A stretch of 32,000 bases of DNA, from positions 300,001 to 332,000 of the forward strand of contig CAKTSY010000003.1 of NCBI GenBank assembly GCA_934613415.1, written 5' to 3'. This document shows, one piece after another, positions 17,044 through 26,351 of this stretch. Position numbers and translations under genes: made by a program. This stretch comes from an uncultured Opitutales bacterium (GTDB taxonomy: Bacteria; Verrucomicrobiota; Verrucomicrobiia; Opitutales; Intestinicryptomonadaceae). Each line of letters opens with the position of its first letter. Positions within the stretch are counted from its first letter, which is position 1. The notes beneath the pieces were generated by a model that was not told the origin of the DNA, did not search any database, and worked only from the letters and a program-made list of their open reading frames with translations.

Positions 17044-18957
17044 TTAGTTGCCCAAAACAAGGGCTGGTTTGTTCGAGAAATATTTTTCCATAACGGCTTT
17101 TACTATGGGGCCTGCCGTTTTGCCGCCGCTGGCGTCGCCGGGTTCTTCGCCTTCTATTACAACCGCCATCGCTATTTCGGGGTTGTCGGCAGGGGCAAAG
17201 GCAACCATCCAAGCCAAAGTAAGCGGCCGCCCCTGCGGGCGAACTTGCGCCGTTCCCGACTTTGCGGCGATTTGCACCAAGTCGCTAGCCGCCCTGCGCG
17301 AAGTGCCCGTATTTACGGAAGCTGTCATACCCCTTACAATTTCCAGATAGTCGCTTTTATCTATGGGTATGGGTTCGCCCCCGTGGTATTTTTGGTCGGT
17401 TATGCGCATTGGCAAATGCAATATGGAAGGCTTTGTTCTTGTCTGCATTCTTGCAAGCGAAGCTGTAACGCACGCCATCTGAAGCGGCGTTGCAAGCAGG
17501 TAGCCTTGCCCTATCGACGTATTTGCCGTATCGCCCGAGCTCCAAGGGCCCAGCAAATTCTTTTTCTTATACTCTTTATCGGGCACAATGCTGCGCGAAG
17601 TTTCGTTTGGCAAGTCAACCCCCGTTTTCTTGTCCAGCCCAAAAAGCCGCGCGGTATCGCTAATTGCCTCTATGCCAGCCTTTAGCCCCTCGTCGTAAAA
17701 ATATACGTTGCAGCTTTTTTCGAGAGATTGCGCCATATCCAAATATCCGTGCCCCGAACGCTTGTTGCAGGGGAACCTTCGGTTGCCTACAAGCATAGCT
17801 CCCATGCAGTTTACGGTGTCTTTTACGTCTAGCGTTCCGGCTCTCAATCCCGCAATAGAGGTTAAAATTTTAAATGTAGACCCCGGCGGATACAATCCCT
17901 GTATTGCCCTGTTAAGCCATGCCCCCCTTTCCCTTATCTGCATATCAACCTTGTTCGAGATGAAAGGCGAAAGCAAATTTGCATCATAGGTAGGCTTAGA
18001 TGCCATTGTTAAAATCTCGCCCGTTTTAACATCTAAAACAACAACCGCACCCTTGCGCTGCCCCATTGCATCTTCGGCTGCTATTTGCACATCTATGTCT
18101 AGCGAAACGCTAACCGTTTGACCTTTTTTTGGCAGAATTTCCTGCTCTAGGCTATACTGAAATCCCTTTGGGTCTACCACCCATATCTGCATTCCGCTAG
18201 AGCCTGTAAGAATGTCGTCGAACTGCTTTTCTACGCCCGACCTGCCTTTTTTTGCAACAAATGAATATGTACGCAAAGTTTCGCCGGGTATTCCATCATC
18301 TTCAATCTCCATTTGCGAGCCGACAAAACCCAAAGCGTGCGCCGCATACTCGCCGTAGGGGTAACTGCGCGACGAGTCGGCATATACCTGAACGGGGGAA
18401 TCTACAGGCAGCTTTTCCGCCAAAATCGCATATTGACGTTCGTCTAAATCTTTTATTATTGGCAGCGGCAAAAGCATTCTTTCCGAAAAATGCCTGTTAA
18501 AATCTCTAACGTCCAATTCAAAATCGCTACCTAAAACCGAATTTATGTAGTCTACATAACGCTGCAAAACGCGTTTGCGCGCCGTGATGGAAAGCTCGGC
18601 AGCGGGAATTTTCGCCTCGGGGCTTTCGGGGTGCTCTTTTATGTATTTTTTAAGCTGGGCATACTCTTTTCTAAACTCTCCCCTAATTTCGTTAAAGTAA
18701 ACGACAACCGAAAATCTGGGCTTGTTGCCGACAAGCAGCTTGCCGTTGCGGTCTAAAATGTCGCCCCTTGCCCCCGGTTTAATTACGCGGCGCAAGGTTT
18801 GCCTTTCTGCCTTTTGCTCGTATTCGGAATGCAAAATTAGCTGCCTATACGCCAATGCCGACGACAATATTAAAAACATGCCCAGCAGCGCAAAATAGAA
18901 AACGCCAAGCTTGCGCTTTTCTTTGCCGAAAGCCTCTATCTTTGGTTGGTTATCCAT
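17044..18957 (-). CDS. mrdA: Penicillin-binding protein 2 (elongasome transpeptidase)
   Basis: 637 aa. N-terminal TM anchor, PBP dimerisation domain, transpeptidase motifs STFK (PPGSTFKILT), a SxN region, and KSGT (AAKSGTAQV). Its position after mreD supports the call. Confidence 0.9.
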   Translation of the reverse strand: MDNQPKIEAFGKEKRKLGVFYFALLGMFLILSSALAYRQLILHSEYEQKAERQTLRRVIKPGARGDILDRNGKLLVGNKPRFSVVVYFNEIRGEFRKEYAQLKKYIKEHPESPEAKIPAAELSITARKRVLQRYVDYINSVLGSDFELDVRDFNRHFSERMLLPLPIIKDLDERQYAILAEKLPVDSPVQVYADSSRSYPYGEYAAHALGFVGSQMEIEDDGIPGETLRTYSFVAKKGRSGVEKQFDDILTGSSGMQIWVVDPKGFQYSLEQEILPKKGQTVSVSLDIDVQIAAEDAMGQRKGAVVVLDVKTGEILTMASKPTYDANLLSPFISNKVDMQIRERGAWLNRAIQGLYPPGSTFKILTSIAGLRAGTLDVKDTVNCMGAMLVGNRRFPCNKRSGHGYLDMAQSLEKSCNVYFYDEGLKAGIEAISDTARLFGLDKKTGVDLPNETSRSIVPDKEYKKKNLLGPWSSGDTANTSIGQGYLLATPLQMACVTASLARMQTRTKPSILHLPMRITDQKYHGGEPIPIDKSDYLEIVRGMTASVNTGTSRRAASDLVQIAAKSGTAQVRPQGRPLTLAWMVAFAPADNPEIAMAVVIEGEEPGDASGGKTAGPIVKAVMEKYFSNKPALVLGN

Positions 18958-19480
18958 TCAAGTCCAAGCTAAGCTCCATCTTTAACGCCATAAAAAGCGA
19001 TTTATGAAAAGAATACCAGTAGGAAGACGTCCACAACAAAAACAGCGTTGAAAAAAGGTAGTCGCTAAAAACCCTAACGGCATATGTCGTCCAAGAAACC
19101 GAATGCGGCATAAAGAACAAAACCGCCCATGCAAACATTGCCGTGTTTACAACCGCACATACCGAAAAAACTCCAAGCTTGTCTATGCTGCGGAATCTAA
19201 ACGACTGGCTTTTTATGAAAACCGAGGCTGCCACATACATAAATACCAAAGAAAACGCAGGCACAGGCAAAAACGCTTCGCTTATGGCTCCCGAAAAAAC
19301 AGCGACAAGCACAAGCTGCCAAAGTTTTAAATATACCGACGGCACAAGCACCAAAAGAACGGGCACAAAAACATATATGCCCCATGCCGACAAAAAATCG
19401 TTTAGCGTGTGCAAAATAAAAATGCAAGCGACATTTATCAAAGCCATTATATACGGCCTTATGTCGAAGGCGTTTCCCAT
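18950..19480 (-). CDS. mreD: Rod shape-determining protein MreD
   Basis: 176 aa with five TM segments and no soluble domain. It lies between mreC and mrdA (1-nt gap upstream, 8-nt overlap downstream). Confidence 0.7.
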   Translation of the reverse strand: MGNAFDIRPYIMALINVACIFILHTLNDFLSAWGIYVFVPVLLVLVPSVYLKLWQLVLVAVFSGAISEAFLPVPAFSLVFMYVAASVFIKSQSFRFRSIDKLGVFSVCAVVNTAMFAWAVLFFMPHSVSWTTYAVRVFSDYLFSTLFLLWTSSYWYSFHKSLFMALKMELSLDLNG

Positions 19481-19481
19481 T

Positions 19482-20312
19482 TTACTTTTGCTCCACTTTT
19501 GTAAGTATTACAACTTCGCGCAAATCGTGCAGCGACTTTGGCAAAATAACAGTGCCGTTTTTAAACAAACAGTCATCGTCTAGCTCCAATTTTTCTACGC
19601 TGCCAATGTATATGCCTTCGGGGAAGGTTCCCGCCAGCGAAGACGTATATAAAAGCAGGGGTTCTTTTTCGCTTGCATTTAGGTTTGAAGGCACAGAAAG
19701 CGCATTGCCCGAATACGAAGTAAAGGCCTTTGCCCCGCCGCCCTGATATATAACAGGGGTTGTGCACCCGCTAAAATAAGCCGCCATTCTAAAGCCCGAG
19801 CTGCTTACCAATTCAACAACGCTTTCGAACGACGAAACCTGAACAATGCGGCCTACAACGCCGTCTTTATAAATAACGGCGTCGCCCTTTTTCACGCCGT
19901 CAACCGAGCCCCTTCTTACCGTAATTTGCTGCCACCATGCCGAAATGTCGCGCCTTATTACCCTTGCAACAATGGGGTTAAACCTGTCGAACGACGGCAT
20001 TTTTAATAGGGTTTCGTAGCGGGCAATGCGGTCTTTTAAAAACTCGTTTTCCAAAACCTTTGTAGTATACGAGGCGTTTAAGCGCGCCAAATCCCTGCCT
20101 GCTTCTATCAACGCCCTTTTTGAATTTGCGTGCTTAATCCAATAGGTTTCCAAGTCGCCCAACTGCGAGGGAAGAATGTCTACGGGAGCCGAAAATTCGG
20201 CAAACAAAGCCTTTGCCGAATTTTTTACAAAAGGCGGCATTAAAAAACAAACCGCCAAAACTGCGATAAATATCGCAATATCACGCAACGCCCTTGTTCT
20301 GCCCTTAGACAA
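19482..20312 (-). CDS. mreC: Rod shape-determining protein MreC
   Basis: 276 aa. N-terminal anchor, a coiled-coil (ENEFLKDRIARYETLL), then beta-barrel domains (VIYKDGVVGRIVQVS...). The start codon is TTG (20312..20310). Confidence 0.85.
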   Translation of the reverse strand: MSKGRTRALRDIAIFIAVLAVCFLMPPFVKNSAKALFAEFSAPVDILPSQLGDLETYWIKHANSKRALIEAGRDLARLNASYTTKVLENEFLKDRIARYETLLKMPSFDRFNPIVARVIRRDISAWWQQITVRRGSVDGVKKGDAVIYKDGVVGRIVQVSSFESVVELVSSSGFRMAAYFSGCTTPVIYQGGGAKAFTSYSGNALSVPSNLNASEKEPLLLYTSSLAGTFPEGIYIGSVEKLELDDDCLFKNGTVILPKSLHDLREVVILTKVEQK

Positions 20313-20329
20313 TGTTTAGACAATAAAGT

Positions 20330-21349
20330 TTAGTCGTTCTCGCTTGTCCACCAATGCAAGTCTGTAAGGATTTTGCCAGTGCCGTTTGCAACAGCCCTAA
20401 GCGGGTCTTCGCCGACAAAGCAGGGCAACCCCGTAACTTCGCTAAGCATTGTGTTTAGGCCTCTAATAAGCGCGCCGCCGCCTGCAAGAACTATGCCGCG
20501 GTCCATAAGGTCGGCACTGTGTTCGGGTGGGCAGTGTTCCAAAGCCTCTCTTACAACGCTTACTATCGAAGCAAATGTGTCCGACAAAGCCTCCCTTATT
20601 TCTTCGGAAGTTATAGTTAAAGTCTTGGGCAAGCCCGCAACCGAATCGCGGCCTTTAACTTCCATCTTAAGCTCTTCTTCCAGCGGGTGTGCCGACCCTA
20701 TGCGAATTTTTATTTCCTCGGCGGTTCTTTCGCCTATCATAAGGTTGTACGACTTTTTCATATACTGCATAATGGCCTTGTCGATTTCGTCGCCGCCAAC
20801 CCTTATGCTCTTAGAATACACAACGCCCGAAAGCGAAATTACCGCAACTTCGGTTGTACCGCCGCCAATGTCTACAATCATTGTTGCCGGCGGCTCGCCA
20901 ATGGGCAAGTCTACGCCAATTGCGGCAGCCAGCGGCTCTTCCATAAGGTATACAAGCCTTGCCCCCGCCCTTATTGCCGACTCTTTAACGGCTCTGCGTT
21001 CAACTTCGGTAATGCCCGAGGGAACTGCCACTACAACTCTGGGGGCAACAAACTTCATTGCGCTGGAAGCTTTGTCGATAAAATATCTTAGCATATGCTC
21101 GGTAATTTCGAAGTCGGCAATAACGCCGTCTTTCATAGGGCGAATGGCCGTGATATTGCCGGGGGTTCTGCCCAACATTTCCTTTGCCTTATTGCCCACA
21201 GCCAAAACCCTTTTGGAATTGTTAAATACCGCAACAACACTGGGCTCGCTTATAATAACGCCCTTGTCTTTAACGTAAACAAGGGTGTTTGCCGTACCCA
21301 AGTCTATGCCGATGTCGTTTGTCCAAATGTTCTTTAAAAAGCCTGCCAT
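20330..21349 (-). CDS. mreB: Rod shape-determining actin homologue MreB
   Basis: 339 aa. IGIDLGTANTLVYV, MIVDIGGGTTEVAVISL and GIVLAGGGALIRGL phosphate/adenosine motifs. Confidence 0.95.
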   Translation of the reverse strand: MAGFLKNIWTNDIGIDLGTANTLVYVKDKGVIISEPSVVAVFNNSKRVLAVGNKAKEMLGRTPGNITAIRPMKDGVIADFEITEHMLRYFIDKASSAMKFVAPRVVVAVPSGITEVERRAVKESAIRAGARLVYLMEEPLAAAIGVDLPIGEPPATMIVDIGGGTTEVAVISLSGVVYSKSIRVGGDEIDKAIMQYMKKSYNLMIGERTAEEIKIRIGSAHPLEEELKMEVKGRDSVAGLPKTLTITSEEIREALSDTFASIVSVVREALEHCPPEHSADLMDRGIVLAGGGALIRGLNTMLSEVTGLPCFVGEDPLRAVANGTGKILTDLHWWTSEND

Positions 21350-21378
21350 AAATATTTATTTTGTTGTGTGTTTAAAAC

Positions 21379-21407
21379 ATAATCGTAAGAATTGCGGGCA
21401 TTGTCAA
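21379..21407 (-). promoter_or_regulatory. Candidate sigma70-type promoter for mreBCD-mrdA
   Basis: The minus strand has TTGACA (21407..21402), a 17-nt spacer, and GATTAT (21384..21379). This leaves about 29 nt to the mreB ATG. Confidence 0.4.
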
Positions 21408-21430
21408 ACTATATTAGAGCATTTTATTAA
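21401..21430 (+). promoter_or_regulatory. Candidate promoter for the dsbD-led plus-strand gene string
   Basis: TTGTCA (21401..21406), an 18-nt spacer, and TATTAA (21425..21430), 15 nt before ATG 21446. Its -35 overlaps the mreB -35 on the opposite strand. Confidence 0.3.
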
Positions 21431-21445
21431 CGATAAAAGACTGTT

Positions 21446-23167
21446 ATGAAACGTATTTTTTCGATTTTAGCATTTTTTTTGATTTTGGTTTGTTCTTCGC
21501 GCGTTTTTGCCGACTTGCAAAAAATCTCGGTTCATATTTCGGCCGACCAACCCGTGCAAATTGCAGGCGGCAATATGCTGCTTAGCGTAGAAATTAAAAT
21601 ACCAAAGGGCGCGCATATTTATTCCTTCGACAACCAAAACCTAGGGCAAGCCACAAAAATAGAGCTTACGCTGCCCAAAGGATACGAAATTTTGTCGCAA
21701 AAAATACCCGAGGCTAAAAGCTTTTTGCTTTACGGCGAAAAGACAAAAGGCTACGAAAATTCCCTAAAAGTTTTATACGAAATACAACTGCCAAAATTGG
21801 CAAATCCGAAAGCCGAAATTTCGGCAAAAGTTTCGGCGTTATTGTGCTCTAATATATGTGTTCCCCAACAAGTTATAGCAAATTTAAGCATAAGCGTGCC
21901 CCAGCAGGGCGAAATTAATTTGTTTGCCGCAATAAAAGCCCTTATAATACCGTCGGCACTGGCGTTTTTTGGCGGGCTTTTGCTTAACCTTATGCCGTGC
22001 GTTTTCCCCGTAATAGGCATAAAGGCGCTTTCTTTGGCAAAAAATTCACAAAATAAAAAGGGGGCTTGGGGGGCGGCTTTAGCCTATACGCTTGGCGTTG
22101 TTCTTTGCTTTTTGGGCTTTGGGGCTGCAATTTTAGCACTGAAAACTACGGGGGTAAAATACGGCTGGGGCTTTCAGCTGCAAGAGCCTTTTTTTGTGGC
22201 ACTTATGTTTTTGCTATTTTTGGCAATGGGGCTTTCGTTTTCGGGCATATATCAAATTGGCGGCAACCTAAGCAACATAACCACAAACCCAAAAGAGGGC
22301 TTTTGGGGAGCTTTTCTTTCCGGTATGCTTGCGGTTTTGGTTGCAAGCCCGTGCTCGGCGCCCTTTATGGGCTCGGCAATAGGCGCGGCTTTAATGGACA
22401 ATTCCACTTTGGAATTTGCATTTTGCGTATTTCTTTTTTGCGGGCTTGGAATGGCACTACCCTATGTTGTTTTGGCAGCCTACCCAAGCCTTTTGCGCTT
22501 TTTGCCAAAAAGCGGCGAGTGGATGAACACCTTTAAGCAGTCGCTTGCATTTTTGCTGTATTTAAGCTGCGCGTGGCTTTTTTGGGTGTTTTGCAGCCAA
22601 ACAAACGCAAATGCCGCAGGGCTTTTGGGGCTTTCGGCGGTTGTGTTAGCAGCCTCCTGCGCAATTTTCGGCAAATGGCAAGCCCCTCATTTCTCCAAAA
22701 TTCGGCGAATTTCGGCAAAAACGCTTTCTTTAGCGTTGCTTGTTGTTTCGGTATATGCCGCATTTTACGCTGCTAAAAAAACCTTTGCCGAAAATGCACA
22801 AGCACCTGCCCAAAGCCAATCTAATGCCCAAACTCTTTCGCAAAAAATAAGCGCGTTGCAAAAGTCGGGCAAGGGCGTGTTTTTAGACTTTACCGCAAAG
22901 TGGTGCATAACTTGTCAGGCAAACGAAAAAGCGGTGCTAAACACACAGGCAATAGAAAAGCTTTTTGCCGAAAATAACATCGAAAAAATAGTTGTAGACT
23001 GGACAAAAAAAGACCCGTCTATAACCGAAGAATTGGCAAAATTCGGCAGGGCGGGAGTTCCGCTATACGTTTTGTATTCCAAAAATCCGAATTTGCCCCC
23101 GCAAATTTTGCCGCAAATATTAAGCTACGACATTGTTTGCAACGCGGTTGACAAAGCCGAAAAGTAA
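21446..23167 (+). CDS. dsbD: Thiol:disulfide interchange protein DsbD-like (three-domain electron transporter)
   Basis: 573 aa. Signal peptide plus an N-terminal domain with CSNIC, a DsbD/CcdA membrane core with Cys in LMPCVFPVIG and ASPCSAPFMG, and a C-terminal thioredoxin domain with WCITC. Confidence 0.85.
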   Translation: MKRIFSILAFFLILVCSSRVFADLQKISVHISADQPVQIAGGNMLLSVEIKIPKGAHIYSFDNQNLGQATKIELTLPKGYEILSQKIPEAKSFLLYGEKTKGYENSLKVLYEIQLPKLANPKAEISAKVSALLCSNICVPQQVIANLSISVPQQGEINLFAAIKALIIPSALAFFGGLLLNLMPCVFPVIGIKALSLAKNSQNKKGAWGAALAYTLGVVLCFLGFGAAILALKTTGVKYGWGFQLQEPFFVALMFLLFLAMGLSFSGIYQIGGNLSNITTNPKEGFWGAFLSGMLAVLVASPCSAPFMGSAIGAALMDNSTLEFAFCVFLFCGLGMALPYVVLAAYPSLLRFLPKSGEWMNTFKQSLAFLLYLSCAWLFWVFCSQTNANAAGLLGLSAVVLAASCAIFGKWQAPHFSKIRRISAKTLSLALLVVSVYAAFYAAKKTFAENAQAPAQSQSNAQTLSQKISALQKSGKGVFLDFTAKWCITCQANEKAVLNTQAIEKLFAENNIEKIVVDWTKKDPSITEELAKFGRAGVPLYVLYSKNPNLPPQILPQILSYDIVCNAVDKAEK

Positions 23168-23189
23168 TGCTTAGATTACGCAAATTTTT

Positions 23190-24437
23190 ATGGAGCATTT
23201 GAAATTTTTAACCGAAGAAAAAGCGATTGAAATCGCCGACAACTACCCGTCGCCCGCATATGTGTACGACAAAAACTCGCTAATTGCCCACGCAAAGGCG
23301 GCGTTGGCCTTCCCCAACGCATTCGGGCTTACCGTGCGCTATGCAATGAAAGCTTCGTCGAACAAAAACATCTTAAAGCTGTTCGACTCGCTAGGCATAC
23401 ATATAGACGCCTCAAGCGCGTTCGAGGCGCAAAGGGCGATTATGGCGGGCATTGCCCCCGAAAAGATTTCGATTTCGTCGCAGCAGATGCCCGAAAATAT
23501 TGTAGAGCTGATAAATATGGGCGTAAAATTTAACGCCTGTTCGCTTTACCAGCTTGAGTGCTACGGCAAACTTTTGCCGAACACTGAATTGGGCGTTAGG
23601 ATAAACCCGGGGCTCGGCTCGGGCGGAACAAAAAGGACAAATGTAGGCGGGCCTGCCTCGTCTTTCGGAATTTGGCACGAATTTATCCCCCAAATTTTTG
23701 AAATCTGCAAAAAATACAATTTAAAGATTACAAAGATACACACGCACATAGGCTCGGGTTCCGACCCAGAAGTTTGGCTTAAGGTTGCCAAAATGAGCCT
23801 TTCTACCGTTGAAATTTTTAAGGACGCAACCTGTTTGGATATGGGCGGCGGCTTTAAAGTTGCGCGCATGCAGGGCGAAAAGGCAACCGATTTGCAAAAA
23901 ATTGGCGCGCCCGTTGCCGACGAAATCAGGAAATTTGCCGAAAGAACGGGCAGAAAGATAAAGTTTGAAATAGAGCCCGGAACTTTCCTTTTGGCAAACT
24001 GCGCGGCTTTGGTTTGCAAGGTTCAAGATATGTGCTCGACGGGCAAAGACGGCTACGAATTTATAAAGACAAATTCGGGCATGACCGACGTTTTGCGCCC
24101 CTCTATTTACGGCGCACAGCACCCCATAATTATAGTTCAGCGCAACAAATGCCAAGAAACTAAAGACTACATTGTAGTAGGCCACTGCTGCGAAAGCGGC
24201 GACATTCTTACCCCCCTTCCCAACGACCCCGAAGGCCTAATGCCGCGCACGCTTGCAAAGGCAGAAATTGGAGACGTTTGCGTTATAGAAGGCTGCGGTG
24301 CCTACTGCTCTAGCATGGCAACAAAAAACTACAATTCGTATCCCGCCGCCCCCGAACTTATGCTCGAGGAAAACGGAACGATAAGGGTTATACGAAAGCT
24401 TCAAACACTAAGCGAAATTGTTGCCGACGAAATATAA
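23190..24437 (+). CDS. lysA: Diaminopimelate decarboxylase-like PLP enzyme (Orn/DAP/Arg decarboxylase family 2)
   Basis: 415 aa. PLP-Lys context RYAMKASSN, HTHIGSG, EPGTFLLAN and GHCCESGD (the CESGD motif is typical of DAP decarboxylase). Substrate specificity is not proven. Confidence 0.6.
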   Translation: MEHLKFLTEEKAIEIADNYPSPAYVYDKNSLIAHAKAALAFPNAFGLTVRYAMKASSNKNILKLFDSLGIHIDASSAFEAQRAIMAGIAPEKISISSQQMPENIVELINMGVKFNACSLYQLECYGKLLPNTELGVRINPGLGSGGTKRTNVGGPASSFGIWHEFIPQIFEICKKYNLKITKIHTHIGSGSDPEVWLKVAKMSLSTVEIFKDATCLDMGGGFKVARMQGEKATDLQKIGAPVADEIRKFAERTGRKIKFEIEPGTFLLANCAALVCKVQDMCSTGKDGYEFIKTNSGMTDVLRPSIYGAQHPIIIVQRNKCQETKDYIVVGHCCESGDILTPLPNDPEGLMPRTLAKAEIGDVCVIEGCGAYCSSMATKNYNSYPAAPELMLEENGTIRVIRKLQTLSEIVADEI

Positions 24438-24449
24438 AAAGGCTTATTT

Positions 24450-24860
24450 ATGGTAAAAAGCGTTTCGCACATAAGAGTAAGGTTTTCGGAAACCGACGCA
24501 ATGGGAGTTGTATACCACAGCAACTACCTTAATTGGTTTGAAGTTGCGCGCGTAGACCTTATGGACAGCATAGGAATGCCCTATAAAAATTTTGCCGAAA
24601 ACAAAATACACCTGCCCGTTGTGGAGGCGCATTTGGAATATAAACGTCCCGCAAAATTCGACGACAAGCTTGAACTTGTAGCCTGCATTGCAGAAACTCC
24701 GACGGTTAAAATAAAAGTTCAATACGAAGTTTTACGCGACGGCGTTTTGCTTTGCAAAGGCTATACTACCCACGTTTTTATAGGCGAAAAAGGCACGCCC
24801 GTAAAGCCCCCAAAAGAGTTTTTAGAAAGGTTGCGCGAGCTTGTAAAAGAAGAGCAATAG
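24450..24860 (+). CDS. YbgC/4HBT-family acyl-CoA thioesterase (hot-dog fold)
   Basis: 136 aa. IRVRFSETDAMGVVYHSNYLNWFEVARVD is the family N-terminal catalytic-Asp motif. Confidence 0.8.
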   Translation: MVKSVSHIRVRFSETDAMGVVYHSNYLNWFEVARVDLMDSIGMPYKNFAENKIHLPVVEAHLEYKRPAKFDDKLELVACIAETPTVKIKVQYEVLRDGVLLCKGYTTHVFIGEKGTPVKPPKEFLERLRELVKEEQ

Positions 24861-24872
24861 CGCATCTAAAAG

Positions 24873-26351
24873 ATGAAAAGCGTCGCCGCAATACTGGTTT
24901 TTGTTTTGCTCGCCGTTTTCGGGACGACGCTTAGGGTGCAGTCGGCCTCGGTTAGAGTGCCACACGCCGACGAAGCCGAACAAGCCTACACTTTCTACAA
25001 GCTATACAACGCAAACGAATATAAATATAACCCCAACGGCCCGCATGGCCCCGTGTTGTATTATTGGGCGTACGCCTGCCAAAAAGCGCACGACTTTTTG
25101 GGGCTAAAAAAGGTGTCGAAAGTTGAAATAAAAACCTTGCGACTATACCTTTTGCCAATATTTTTGGCGTTGCTGTGCGCTTTTTATTGTATGCGCAAAA
25201 AATGCGGCATTGTTTGCGTATTTACGGCTGCCGCCTTTTGGTGCTTTTCGAGCCTCGCTACAATATATTCGGTATATTTTGTGCAGGAAAGCTTCTTTTC
25301 GCTATTCGTATTTTTAAGCGTTTTGTTTGCCTATAAATTTGCGGAAACTCCCGATGCAAAAAACGCGGTTTTGCTCGGCGTTTTTTGCGGGCTTTCGCAA
25401 TGCTGCAAAGAAACTTTTGCCATTGTTATTTTGGCCGGAATTATCCCGTTTTTGTGGGCTGCCATGGCAAACAAAAAACTTTTTACAAAGCCGTTTTTAA
25501 AAAGCGCGGCATACGCCGCAATATCGGCAACGGCAGTTTACGTTGTGTTCTACTCGTCTTTTTTTACAAACTTTTCGGGCGTTGCCGACGGCGTTTTAAG
25601 CTATATACATTTTGCGGACAAATCCGAAAGCGCGGCGCATTCAAAAGAATTTTTATATTATGCAAAAATACTTTTTGGCAATGCAAATTCCCGCATATTT
25701 ATGGGCGAAACTGCAATTGCAATACTTGCCGTTTTTGGCGGCATAACCGCCTTTATAAAGAAAGACATTTTCGCCAAATTTTTATCGGTGTTTGCAGGCA
25801 TCTATTTTGTTTTGCTTTCGCTTATTGCATATAAAACGCCGTGGCTGCTTATGTCGCTTATGGTGTTTTTGTGCGTTTTGGCGGGCTACTTTATCGCCGC
25901 TCTTTTTAGCGCAAAAAACAAATTGGTCAAAGCCCTTGCGCTTGTCGTGTTTATTTCGGCTCTTTGTTTTCAGTACAGGCAGGCAAGCTTTGCTGCAATA
26001 CGTTTTGCGAACGACCCGCGCAACGTGTTTACCTATGTGCACACTTTAAGCGACTACAAAAATTTCGAAAGCCTTGCAAAAAAAATATTGGCTGCAAAGC
26101 CAATGGCTTCTTTCGAATTCTTTGCGCAAAATTCGCTTTGGCCAATACCCTATTTGCTGTTGGAAAACAACGCACAATTTAAAACCGCGCCCCAAAAAAC
26201 CGATGCAGATGTTGTTGTTTGCGATTCCGACAAGCTAGATGCTTTTATAGACAAAAACGCGTATCAATTCGACTTGTTCGGACTGCGCGAAAACCTTATA
26301 CTTAGAGTATACACAAAAAAAGACCTATACGAGAAAGCAGTTTTACAATGA
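24873..26351 (+). CDS. GT-C-fold polytopic membrane glycosyltransferase (ArnT/PMT_2-like)
   Basis: 492 aa with about 11 TM segments. The first extracytoplasmic loop is HADEAEQAYTFYKL...YNPNGPHGPVLYY, which gives the DE motif plus HGP pattern I associate with ArnT-like / TIGR03663-type proteins. The acceptor is unknown. Confidence 0.6.
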   Translation: MKSVAAILVFVLLAVFGTTLRVQSASVRVPHADEAEQAYTFYKLYNANEYKYNPNGPHGPVLYYWAYACQKAHDFLGLKKVSKVEIKTLRLYLLPIFLALLCAFYCMRKKCGIVCVFTAAAFWCFSSLATIYSVYFVQESFFSLFVFLSVLFAYKFAETPDAKNAVLLGVFCGLSQCCKETFAIVILAGIIPFLWAAMANKKLFTKPFLKSAAYAAISATAVYVVFYSSFFTNFSGVADGVLSYIHFADKSESAAHSKEFLYYAKILFGNANSRIFMGETAIAILAVFGGITAFIKKDIFAKFLSVFAGIYFVLLSLIAYKTPWLLMSLMVFLCVLAGYFIAALFSAKNKLVKALALVVFISALCFQYRQASFAAIRFANDPRNVFTYVHTLSDYKNFESLAKKILAAKPMASFEFFAQNSLWPIPYLLLENNAQFKTAPQKTDADVVVCDSDKLDAFIDKNAYQFDLFGLRENLILRVYTKKDLYEKAVLQ

